Positions 51,032-61,737 of a stretch of 64,000 bases of DNA are shown here, in pieces. The DNA is from Narcine bancroftii. Its lineage: Eukaryota. Position numbers and translations under genes: made by a program. Positions within the stretch are counted from its first letter, which is position 1; the number at the start of each line of letters is the position of its first letter. Location: NCBI RefSeq assembly GCF_036971445.1, contig NC_091471.1:356004001-356068000 (forward strand), given 5' to 3'. Below the pieces are notes generated by a model, which was given only the letters and a program-made list of their open reading frames with translations, had not been told where the DNA came from and did no database searches.

Positions 51032-54000
51032 TGTGGTGGTACACTACCCGCCGACTGCAGGGGGAAACCCCTGTACCTGGCCGGCTGTCAATCAGTCGGC
51101 CTGAAGAGATCAAGAGAGTCAATCACCCGGTACACCCAATAAGCCTGTACCGGCCTCCCGAGGCCTCACTCAGAATTGCTGCAGCCATAGCCAGCCTGGC
51201 TCTGTGGAAGTCTTTGTGGATTAAAGCCTGTTGTACAGTCGTCTTTACCTTGTGTATGTCTGATTCTGGTTAACAGCACACCACAATTTAATCCACAAAA
51301 TTTTCCTACGCTGCCATGGAAAAGCTCCTGAGTGCAGGGAGCCTCAAAGTTGACCTACGCCACAGGAAAGCCCAGACTCGCTTTTGAGATCTGGCAGCAT
51401 GCGGTCGAGGCACCATCGAGGCACACGCATCCTGGACTCAGATCGGACGAGGCTGGTCCTATTCTGGTCAAACCTGGGTCCCCACGCCTTCCAGGCAACC
51501 AAAGGCTGCTCCATGTACAAGAGCTCAATAGACATGCTTGAGAACTTGTACAAGCCACCCATGAATGAGGTCTGTGCAAGGTACCTCCTCAACACCCATG
51601 CCCAGCAACCCAGGGAGACGGCTGAGTCTTACCTGGGACACCTGCGAGAGTTGGCCCGACCATGTCTGGCTGAACCCGGGGTAGGCCCAGAGGAGGTTGA
51701 GAGGCTACGCTCGAGGGCCATCCAGCCGAAGCTGCTGGAAGATAGTATCTACGCCCTGACCAAGACAGTGGAAGTGGTCCGAACCCTGGAAGCTGCAGCC
51801 CTGCACATCGAAGCCTTCGATTCCAGGTGCCCCCAGGCTCCCTCATGGCCCTCTCGCACTGCAGCTGCAGCCCCAGGCTGAGCTGGGGAGGAGAACATTG
51901 TTGCGGCAGGTGCCTGGCGCCCCTGTAAGTACTGTGGGTCCTGGTGTGGGTCAGACCAACGATCGCGCCCAGCTAGGGCAACTGTTCCCGATGCGGCAAG
52001 AGAGGCCACTTTGCTAAAGTGTGCCTCTCAAAACCAGCCGGCAGCTCAGCAGCCCTCTATGACCTCCCCACCTTCCCCGTGGACCCCTCCACGTGCGCGT
52101 GCCGAGCCATGCCATTGTCCCTGCTACAACTTCTGCCTTCCCCAACTCAGACGGTGCAGCATCCGGCTCCACCAGCGACAATCACAGCGTGTGCCCCAAG
52201 CATCTGGACCAGACCCCGCCCTCGCGGCTTGCCGAGAACTACAGAGATGTCACTTCCAGCTCACAGCGTGATGTCACTTCTGGCAGATGTAATGACGTCA
52301 CTGCCGCCAGCGCAAGAAACACGACTGGGGAAGGCCAGACACGCAGTGGGCCCCCACGTGCCGCTGCCAGCTTGGGCCAGGCAGCAGCCTACACGGAGGG
52401 CCCCTGATGATGAGGAGAACAACGTGGTCAACACAGGCGATGACCAGGCCACCCTACCGACGCTCCCCATGCCTCCGGATGCCATCAGCTGCTGCATGCC
52501 GCACCCCACGAATGACATCAACGTGGTCAACACAGGCGATGACCAGGCCGCCCTACCTACGCTCCCCACGCTGCCGTACACCATCAGCTGCTGCACGCCG
52601 CAACCCACGACTGATGTAGACATGGTGAACACGGGCGATGACCAGGCCGCCCTACCGATGCTCCCCACACCTTCAGATGCCATAAATCACTGCACACAAC
52701 CGGACAGCAATGACTCCGACCCTGAGACAGTCCTGGCTGCCACCACACTGACCAGGCACATCCCTCACGACCTCAGATGCTCTATGATAGTCGTGCAAGT
52801 CAACGTGCAGGTAACAAAATGCCGGTTCGACAGTGGCAACACCTAGAGCTTCATTCATCCGAGCGTGGCCCACTCCCTGAGATTAAAAGTCCACAAACCA
52901 TCTGCTCGATCGCCCTCACCGCCAAGGATAAGACTGTTGGTACCCTCGGGTGCTGCTCGGCCAATATAACTGTGGGAGGGGAGACTTACACGGCATTCAG
53001 GCTCTTGGTCATGCCCAAACTCTGCACCCTAGTCCTCCTGGGCCTAGATTTCCAGTGCCACCTGCAGAGTGTCACCCTTGCCTTCGGCCTCCACTCACGT
53101 TACACAGTACGGAAACCTATCAGCCCTGGCCAACCTGCAGCCTCTCCACACTACGCATCACCCCACCGGCGCTCTTCCCACATCTTATGCTAGGCTGCAA
53201 GCTGATCGCCGTCAGAAGTAGGCGCTATTGCGCCATAGACAGAGACTTCAAGGAGGTGGTGTGGCGACTCCTGGTGGAAGGTGTCATAGAGCCCAGTAAC
53301 TGCCCTTGGAGAGCCCAAGTCCTGGTGGTCAAAGGGGGAAGTAAGCCGAGAATGGTCATCGATTACAGCCAGACCATTAACCGGTACACCCAATTGGACA
53401 CCTACCCCCTGTCTAGGATCGCCGACGTGGTCAATGAGGTAGCCCGCTACTGGGTTTTCTCCACGATTGACCTGAAGGTGGCGTATCACCAAATCCCCAA
53501 CCATCCAAAGGACAAGCCCTACACCGCCTTTGAGGCAGACGGGCGCCTATACCAGTTCCGCAGAGTTCCCTTTGGGGTCACGATCCGTCTTCCAGCAGGA
53601 GATGGATCGCATGGTAGTCCGGCACAAGCTAAAGGTTCCTGTATCTGGATAACTTCACTATCTGCGGCCGTGACCAGCAGGACCACAATGCTAACCTGGA
53701 TAAATTCCTCCAGACGGCCGGGAACTGAACCTCACTTATAACAAGGAGAAGTGTGTATTTAGCACCACCTGCCTCACCATCCTGGGGTGTCCTGGCCTCG
53801 CCATCCTGGCCCATTGGATCGTCAGCCCAGATCCAGAAAGGATGCACCCATTAATGGAGCTACCTCTCCCCCACCCCCCCCAAGCTAAAGGCCCTCTGCC
53901 TATTCTCCAATTACTCCCAGTGGGCCCCTTGCTTCTTGAACAAGGTCTGCCCACTGGCCCAGTCTACAACTTTTCCCTTCCCATCCGAGGTGCAGGGAGC

Positions 54001-55554
54001 CACGATTCAGGCCGTGGATGAGGACTCCCCCTTCCAGGTGGAGAGCGATGCCTCTGATTTAACCCTCGCCGCTTCCCTCAACCAAGGGGGGCGCCCCGTC
54101 GCTTTCTTCTCTAGGACCCTCCACAGCTCCGAGCTAGGGCATTCTACCATTGAAAAGGAGGCCCAGGCGATTGTGGAAGCAGTCCGCCACTGGCACTAAT
54201 TCACCCTCCTCATGGACCAGCGGGCTGCAGCGTTCACGTTTATCACTGCCCACAAGAGCAAGGTCAAGAATGACAAGATCCTGCGCTGGAGAGTCGAGCT
54301 GGCGACCTACAGCTACAACATCCAGTACCGCCTCGGGAGGTTTAATAACTCCACTGAGTCATTATGCACGATAACAGGCTGCAGGCAGTGCATGAGTCCC
54401 TCTGCCATCCAGGTGTCACCAGGTTGTACCACTTCATTAAGTCCTGGAACCTGCCGTACACCATCACGGACATCAGGGATATGACCGAGGCCTGTCGAGT
54501 CTGTGCGGAGTCTAAACCTGTTTCTTCCGCCTGTCCCAGGCCCATGTCGTAAAGACCATTCGGCCCTTCAAGTCTCTCGGCATGGACTTCCAAGGGCCCC
54601 TGCCGTCCATGATCTGAAACATCTACTTCCTCATGGTAGTGAACGAGTACTCATGCTTCCCTTTCGCTATCCCTTGCCCGGACACCTCTACGGCCACTGT
54701 CATCAAGGCTCTGGGGCAGATCTTCACCATGTTTGGGTACCCCGCTCTCATCCACAGCGACTGGGGGTCTAGTTTCTTGACTGATGAGGTGCGCCATTAC
54801 CTGACTAGCCACACGAGTTATAACCTGAGAGGCAATGGGCAAGTGGAATGCAAAAGTGGGGTGATCTGGAAGACAGTCCTCCTGGCTCTCAAGTCGAAAG
54901 GGTGGGCCGTTAAGTACTGGCAGAACATCCTGCCCGAGGCGCTGCATGCAATTTGGTCGCTGCTATGTATGGCTACCAACAAGACCACTCATGAACGTCT
55001 GTTCACATTCCCCAGGTAGTCGGCAACTGGAATGTCCCTCTTAGCATGGCTCACATCCCCAGGACAAGTGCTCCTGCGTAAACATGTGCGGACACACAAG
55101 GCTGAAGCCCTGGTCGAGCAGGTCTTCCTCCTACACGCGAACCACATCTACGCTGATGTTAGGTTTGGCGGTGGCAGGGAGGACACAGTCTCAACCAGAG
55201 ACCTGGCACCAGTAGGCACACCACTCCACGGCATCCTTCAGCCCAGGATGATGCTGACTGGGCATACATCCCCATCCCCAGGCAGCTATGGGGCACACAG
55301 GACCTTCTTGACCACCAGGGGCCCGTTTCATCCCTGGGGGACGAACCTGCCCCCCCCATCCATCCAATACGACTTGACCCTGGCCCCCTTTGCCACCCCT
55401 CCGTAAGGCACCACACCAGTCACACAGACCGGAGGCCTCACTCAGAGTTGCTGCAGCCACAGCCAGCCTGGCTCTGTGGAAGTCTTTGTGGATTAAAGCC
55501 TGTTGTATAGTCTTTCCCTCGTATAGGTCTGATTCTGGCTCACAGTGCACCACA
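51032..55554 (+). mobile_element. Ty3/Gypsy LTR retrotransposon, near full length but decayed
   Basis: 5' LTR TGTGG...CCACA 51032-51285; partial 3' LTR ~55431-55554; gag from ATG ~51316 with CCHC remnant ~51985-52024; protease FDSG ~52827; RT PWRAQVLVV..IDYSQTINRY..YLDN; RNase H VESDASD..EKEAQAIVEAVRHW; integrase HPG..C..C, DFQGP, HSDWGSSF, NGQVE. Confidence 0.93.
52421..52700 (+). repeat. In-frame 99-bp tandem repeat (~3 copies) inside the Gypsy gag-protease linker
   Basis: NVVNTGDDQA(T/A)LP(T/M)LP...AISCC...PT.D repeated three times. Confidence 0.88.
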
Positions 55555-56599
55555 CCCTGTGGTTCTGTTTCAGTCAAACCCCGACCCTGTTCTTGCGACC
55601 TCGAATCAAACAGAGTCTGTAGCCACACCTCGACCACTGGAATAGTGAAGTATCATCTACGTTCAGCTTTAGTCCGAGCTGAGACGGATAGAATTGCCCA
55701 AAGCGAAGTGTGCGAGGGTGAAGGGGAAGGGGTTGGAATCGATGTCCACTTATGAACTAGATCGTTACGGAGGTGGGCGACTCGGCAGTTAAAAGTGATC
55801 CCGGAAATAACCACAGTGGGTCCAGCCTCAGAAACACGCATGAATCGAGCCGGCGGGGACGAATCTCCACTCAAAGCACCACCGTTCAATAACGCTAGAA
55901 GTTTTCAAGGACGAAAATCCAACGGGGGCCAAAAATACATGGCTTTTACCGCCAAATATTTCAGCTGCCATTAAATGGACCATCTTATAAATGGAAAGAC
56001 CCGTCTCTCTCTCTCTCTCTCTCTCCTACCCACTTAGAATGCACAATTCAATCAGCCAAACTCTGGGTGACTGATATTCCCAGACATTTTAACACAAAAC
56101 TCGCAGCTTTCCTGCTTTTACTCCTTAAAAAAGGTGGATTTTTGCCAAATCAGTCTTCATTAAATCTAGTGTTCTATCTCGTGTCTTATTTACTCTCCCC
56201 AGCATGTCCATCAGATCTAATGAACGCAATATATTTAAGGAAAATGAGGATTGGGTGGGTGGGAAGGGAGAGCGATATCGGATCCGGTTTCTGAGGACGG
56301 CTTTAGTTGTAACAACTTCCACACATTCACAGTGAGAACAGTTTGAAAGCAGACGATGTGTTTTTCAAACGGTTTCACCTCAACTGTCCCCGTTGTTGCA
56401 AAAACGAATACTGTCCGCTGATATTAATGCACAGGGTTAAAACCCCGCATCGACTCCTTTTAAAGAACACTAAAAACTTGCTGGTCCAACGTCAGATTCA
56501 CAAATAATTGATATTTCCAGCCACAAAGTACATTTTTAACTTAGTTCGGAGGATGTGCACATCTCCGGTCTTCGTGGGGACCCAAGTGAGGGCGATGTT

Positions 56600-56710
56600 C
56601 AAGATTGGTGGGGTTGACGTGGTCGCCAGACAAGAAACGGAGCATTTAAACTGGGATTCCACCCATTTCTGACGTGGTCCCGTGTGGCGCTCCTCCTGCT
56701 GTATAAAGCG
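56600..56710 (+). promoter_or_regulatory. NPTX1 proximal promoter
   Basis: TATAAA at 56702-56707; two TGACGT CRE-type cores (~56615, ~56670); inverted CCAAT (ATTGG 56604-56608); CpG-rich; ~165 nt upstream of the ATG. Confidence 0.72.
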
Positions 56711-56869
56711 TGCCCGAGCCTTGTGCACGGCGTCAGTGTTCGGTGAACAGCTCCTTGGTGCTGAAGTCGCTTTGCGGGAACTCGCGGGCTCAGGCAACAT
56801 TTCACCCCTCGAATCCACCTCCCAACCCCTCCCACCCATCACCCCCTCCACCTCGACTCTCCTCGAAAG

Positions 56870-57166
56870 ATGTCCCGCGGAACCGTCGGCAGATATTTCA
56901 TCCTCTCTTTCCTCGTGGCCAAAGCAGCGGCCCAAGAATTCGCCCAGACGCGTTTCATCTGCACCTCCATCCCTCTGGAGATGGAGCCGATGTGCTCGGC
57001 TCCGATGCAGAACAGCGGCCCGGTGGAGGACATCAAGGGGACTATACTCCAGCTCCGAGAGACCATCCTGCAACAGAAAGAGACGATCATGAACCAGAAA
57101 GAGACCATCAGGGAACTCACAGCCAAACTGAGCAGATGCGAGAGTCAAAGTACCTCAGGCTCTTCG
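56870..57166 (+). CDS. NPTX1: Neuronal pentraxin 1, exon 1 (signal peptide and first coiled coil); end placed at in-frame donor TCG|GTGAGT, ancestral donor is at 57306
   Basis: AAAQEFAQTRFICTSIP..LQLRETILQQKETIMNQKETIRELTAKLSRCESQS matches NPTX1. 3' boundary uncertain (57166 versus 57306 with a 1-nt frameshift). Confidence 0.85.
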
Positions 57167-57306
57167 GTGAGTGAAATGAAATCCGGGCAGGGCTCGGCGA
57201 GGGCGCTAGAAATTCCGCGGCAGGTCTCTCTCTAGATCAAGTGGACACTCCAAATCAATTTGGACAAACTTTAAAAACAGTCAAAGCACGCCTGGCGAAT
57301 TTTGAG
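57167..57306 (+). other. NPTX1: Ancestral 3' part of NPTX1 exon 1, frameshifted and diverged
   Basis: A different frame reads RNSAAGLSLDQVDTPNQFGQTLKTVKARLANFE|GTAAAT, homologous to human KNTMGDLSRTPAAETLSQLGQTLQSLKTRLENLE; the ATG frame stops at TAG 57233-57235. Confidence 0.8.
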
Positions 57307-57673
57307 GTAAATATGTACAATTAGAAAATGAGAAGTCTCAAACCAAATGAGAAAGTAATTGTTAATTGCATTACCTAGGACAGTAAGTTAGTCCCACTGT
57401 ATATAGGTGATAGATTTAAAGAGTGGCTGAATCAAAACATTGATTAAGAATTATATTTAAATCCGATTATATTAAACGTGCCCCTTTAAACAACACGAAA
57501 TAATCGGCTGATTGGGAAAGATAGAGGTAGGTGTGCTGTGCACTGGACCTGGGACAGTGTGAGTTAACGGGTCAGAACAATGTCCATAATGCGGTGTTTA
57601 CTTCGAGCCTCCTTTCAGCCGATAATCCGCTTCTGACACCCTTTTTTCTCTTGCATTCGCCCCTCGAGCACAG

Positions 57674-57884
57674 CAGTACAACCGTGCCAACACCACCGCT
57701 CAGACAAATACCTTGAAAGATCTGCTGCAGAACAAAATAGACGACTTGGAAAGGCACGTCCTCTCCCGGGTGAACAGTTTGGAAGAGACCAAAAACCTGG
57801 TGAGGAACGACACGACGGAGAACAGAGGAAAGATTGAAAACGCGCTCAATTCCCTTCACCAGAGGATCAGTGACTTGGAAAAAG
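57674..57884 (+). CDS. NPTX1: Neuronal pentraxin 1, exon 2
   Basis: cacag|CAG; QYNRANTTAQTNTLKDLLQNKIDDLERHVLSRVNSLEE..LHQRISDLEK G|gt. Confidence 0.93.
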
Positions 57885-58649
57885 GTGCGCACCCGATCCG
57901 AACAGTCTGAACTCAAACTCCCCGAGCAGTCTGTCCCCCAATGAAGTTGCATCCCGCAAGGAGCAGGAGGCAGCTCTCTTTAATTGTTAATGTTACTCGC
58001 TGTAAATGCCACAGATCCCTTATTTAACGCGCCTTAACACGGGATAGAACATTTTAAAATATTGGTTGTTTGCTGATCGGATGGAATGAATGCTGTTGTA
58101 TAGAGAGAACAGGTAAAATGTTATAATGATGGTGAATAAGTGAGGTGTCCGTAAACGCTGTAATAACGCCATATTCCTGGTTGCTGGAAAACGGGAGATT
58201 GAATAAGCGGTGAGAACGGAAACTCAGCGAAACCCCTTCCCAGATAACAGGGAAGGCAGCGGCTCTGTTGAGCGAGCAGACCGCAGCCAGGTGCCTCGCG
58301 TCCGAACATTACAACAGCATGTGCCGGCAACTGCGAGCTTCCCTGAAACTTCTTCCGGATGGCCGAGTGCGGAGACCACCCCCCGCACCACCTCCCCCCC
58401 CCCCCCCCCCACCTCCCCGGGCCGGCGTTGCTGCAATATGGATTGCGCAGCGGTCTCCCACTATAATGGAATCACTGAGATCCCAGGGCGCCTCTCACAT
58501 GATTCGGATTATGCTGCGGGATGCGCTGATGGGAATTAATCCGGAAAGGCAGTTATATAAGAAATGATCCAGTGTTAGTACATCGCTGCAGGTTTGGATT
58601 CAGCCACACACGATGTACCGAATAATGTTTATCATGTATTACTTTGTAG

Positions 58650-58894
58650 GACAAAAAAATTCCAGGCCGACGGACAAATTCCAGATTACCTTTCCCCTGA
58701 GGACAAACTACATGTACGCCAAAGTGAAAAAGAGCCTGCCCGAGATGTATGCGATGACCGTCTGCATGTGGCTCAAATCAAACGCCTCTCCCGGCGTCGG
58801 GACTCCGTTCTCCTATGCCGTCCCGGGGCAAGCCAACGAGCTGGTCCTCATCGAGTGGGGGAACAATCCAATGGAGATCCTAATCAACGACAAG
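58650..58894 (+). CDS. NPTX1: Neuronal pentraxin 1, exon 3 (pentraxin domain start)
   Basis: tttgtag|GA; QKNSRPTDKFQITFPLRTNYMYAKVKKSLPEMYA..IEWGNNPMEILINDK|gt. Confidence 0.96.
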
Positions 58895-59319
58895 GTAGAG
58901 GAGCGGCGAGTAGTCAAGCGCAGAAACAGGTCCTTCGGCCCACCCTATCTGTGCTGGCTTCTCTGCATCAGTCCCATTTACCCACGAGCCTTAGTGAGTC
59001 CGATGTCTTCTTATTCGTAGCCGGACTTCAACATTTGAATGATTGCAATGTTCTAAAACAGTGTCACATTACACGAAATGTCCCTTTGTCTGCTCGAACG
59101 CAGACAGATTCGCCATCGGCACAAATTGCCGGAAGCGTCTCTTAGTCAGAGAAAGATAAGCAAGAGAATTCCCCACCCAGGGTCACCGAGTGTCCGTGGA
59201 TTCGCCCTCAGAGTCTAGTCCAAGTTCCAGATCCGAATCACCCAGGCCATTCGGCCCACCACCTCTATCCCCACACAGTCTTATTTACCAGCACTTGGTC
59301 CTTCTCAGACAATAAATCA

Positions 59320-59442
59320 TAGATTCTCAATCGTTTTCCCTCTCACAGACCATCGTAAGTCATCCCTTACGAACCACAGAGCACCGATGTAGATTGCTTA
59401 AGGTGATCTGTGAGTGGGGAAAAAAAAGGTTGAGAAGCACTG
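59320..59442. mobile_element. hAT-like MITE monomer in NPTX1 intron 3
   Basis: gattgcttaaggtg..tgtgagtggg..aaggttgagaagcactg matches 20266-20396. Confidence 0.65.
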
Positions 59443-59858
59443 CAGTCCATTGTCGGAAAGAAATCCCTTGTCCCCTTCCCTCCTAATATGGAAGCAGAGA
59501 AAAAATTCCGACTCAAGTCTACACCACTAATGCAGATAACATATCTTGTAAATGGGAGTGTCCAATCCCGTCCCCAGAAAGGGGAAGTGTAAGGTACCAC
59601 GATGAGGCTCAGGTGGTTCAGGGTCGGGAGTCGGACCTACAAAACAGCCACCGGGTAAGGCAGCCCCCACCCGTGGAGAAAGGGATGGGTTGCAAATCTC
59701 TCCGCGGAAGCTTCCCCCACCTGTCGAGCCTCTCCACTCTCTTCCTGTGTATTGTGGGCCCACGTTGCTCCTGTTTCATTGCCACGGTCTGACGCGTCGG
59801 GCAGCATCTGCATCGGAAGGGGCCGGTGCCACGTCAACTCAAACTGTAACATTTCTAG

Positions 59859-60038
59859 GTGGCGAAGCTCCCGTTCGTCATCACTGACGGGAAATGGCAC
59901 CACATCTGCGTGACCTGGTCCACCAGGGACGGGATATGGGAGGCGTATCAAGATGGCATGAAGAGAGGGAACGGTGAAAACCTCGCGCCGTGGCATCCCA
60001 TTAAACCGGGCGGCATCATGGTCCTGGGCCAAGAGCAG
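59859..60038 (+). CDS. NPTX1: Neuronal pentraxin 1, exon 4
   Basis: tttctag|VAKLPFVITDGKWHHICVTWSTRDG (pentraxin signature HxCxTW)..VLGQEQ|gt. Confidence 0.96.
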
Positions 60039-60789
60039 GTGGGTGAACAAAATGGGATTCCCATCCATATTGATGTATACCCCCCCCCCCCTTCCAAATG
60101 TTCAAGGTCGAAACAACCACAAAGGGCGGTTATCAACATCCAAAGCAGTGGAATAAAATCCCCCCACTCAAAAAAAAAGAAACAAATGTCTTAACAACAC
60201 GAGTGTCAGGGAGCAGAGCTTCTCCACGACTCTATGTCGCGGTTCCCGATCTCCCAGTGGCGCCAACTGACTGGTTCAAACACGCCAAGCGGGAGGGATT
60301 CGCCCAGTCACCATGTGACCCGCCACAGCAAAATAAGATACAGATTTGGCCCTGCTCATTTCTCAAAGTTATCCATTTTAATGGAGCCAATTATAACGGA
60401 AATACTAGATTAACTTGAGTGTTTTATAACTCGCTCCATTTCGAAGCCACCGAAAGTCTATGTGGATAGAGATGTTTCTTTCCCCGGGCGACAAGGAGAC
60501 ATTCTTGTCCACTTTTCTATGGTGGAACTGTCCAGATATGTTACCTCAAACAACAATTAGAGTTGCCATTCCGGTAAACGAATAGCTTGTATATTGGGGT
60601 AGAAAAGGAGATTGTAGCGTTTTCTCCAGCTGTGGTTGGGGGTCATAACTGAGGGTTGTGCCAGATGGGATATTTTAAGACCAACCCTCAATCTGGCTGG
60701 TAGTCCGATTGCGTGGAGGTGAAAGCAATACCTTGTAGATGTTCGGAGGCCATTCTTGTCCGTCTGATAGTCGACATTTGTGCAACCGA

Positions 60790-61370
60790 GGAAGAGGCGT
60801 GTGGTCGACAGTAGCGAGAGATGCATCACAAGCAGGAACGTGGCGGGTTAGTCAGCATCCATGGGTAGAAGTTGCAAGCCTAAAGTGAAAAAGGGTATTA
60901 ACTCCATGAAGGGGTGATAGGGTGGGAATGTGGAGCGACAGGTCGAGGGGGAGACCACGGTGGGCGGGGAGGGGCGAGAGAAAGTGAAAGAGAGAAGAAG
61001 GGAAGAAATGAGGCCCAAGACAATGGAACATCGAACATTACAGCACAGTACAGACCCTCGATATTATGCCGATCTATATACTGTATTCCTACCAAAAAAA
61101 AACCCTCGTCACCCTTTATTTCTTTCATCCATGTGTCTGTCTAAGAACCTCTTAAATGCCCTTATTATTTCCAGCCTCCACCACCACCCCGGCAAGGCTT
61201 TCCAGGCACCCACAACTATCTATGTAAAAAAAAATCTTATCCCTAATGTCTCCCTTCACTTTGTACAGATGTCCGCTGGTGCTTGCTGTTCCCGACCTGG
61301 GGAAAAGGTGCTGGCTGTCCTTATCTAGGCCTCTCAGAATCTTGTAGACCTCTGTAGATCTAGCTGAGGA
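60790..61370 (-). mobile_element. Penelope terminus plus CR1 tail fragments in NPTX1 intron 4
   Basis: gggttagtcagcatccatggg..gaaggggtgataggg; gaacattacagcacagtacagaccct..ggcaaggctttccaggcacccacaact. Confidence 0.55.
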
Positions 61371-61515
61371 GAATGGGACCGGTACGCTGAAAGCTTAGAC
61401 CAACAGGCTGAGCGCAGGCGTTCAACCGAGCGGCCACCCATTCCGCGGTGGGTCTCGCCTCGCCGATGTATCCAATCCCTGAAAAGTGTTTCTATTTTTC
61501 CCTCTTTCTGATCAG

Positions 61516-61737
61516 GACATGTTAGGAGGCGGGTTTGACGCCACACAGGCCTTTGTGGGCGAGATGGCCCACTTCCACATGTGGGACAGGGTGCTGACTC
61601 CCGGAGAAGTCTACAGCCTGGCCAACTGCAACGCCAAGACCTTGGTGGGCAATGTCATTGCGTGGACTGAAGCCAACGTCGACATCTACGGCGGAGCCAC
61701 CAAGTGGACATTTGAAGCTTGCCGCCAAATCAATTAA
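61516..61737 (+). CDS. NPTX1: Neuronal pentraxin 1, exon 5 (to stop)
   Basis: ctgatcag|DMLGGGFDATQAFVGEMAHFHMWDR..IYGGATKWTFEACRQIN*; C-terminus TFEACRQIN matches human NPTX1. Confidence 0.96.
   Translation, partial: DMLGGGFDATQAFVGEMAHFHMWDRVLTPGEVYSLANCNAKTLVGNVIAWTEANVDIYGGATKWTFEACRQIN

Noticed and set aside
51025-55560. Target-site duplication for the second Gypsy element
   Set aside because: Flanks CTCTC and CCCTG do not match; no TSD claimed.
56498-57174. Antisense and alternate-frame ORFs (216, 154, 136 aa) over NPTX1 exon 1
   Set aside because: Expected shadow ORFs of GC-rich coding and promoter DNA.
57167-57235. Possible 69-nt mini-intron GTGAGT...TCTCTCTAG in NPTX1 exon 1
   Set aside because: Length is a multiple of three, so it stays in the wrong frame and hits TAA at ~57272; it cannot repair the frameshift.
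56870-61737. NPTX1 as a pseudogene
   Set aside because: Exons 2-5 and most of exon 1 are intact and well conserved with canonical GT-AG sites and a promoter; an in-frame splice route exists.
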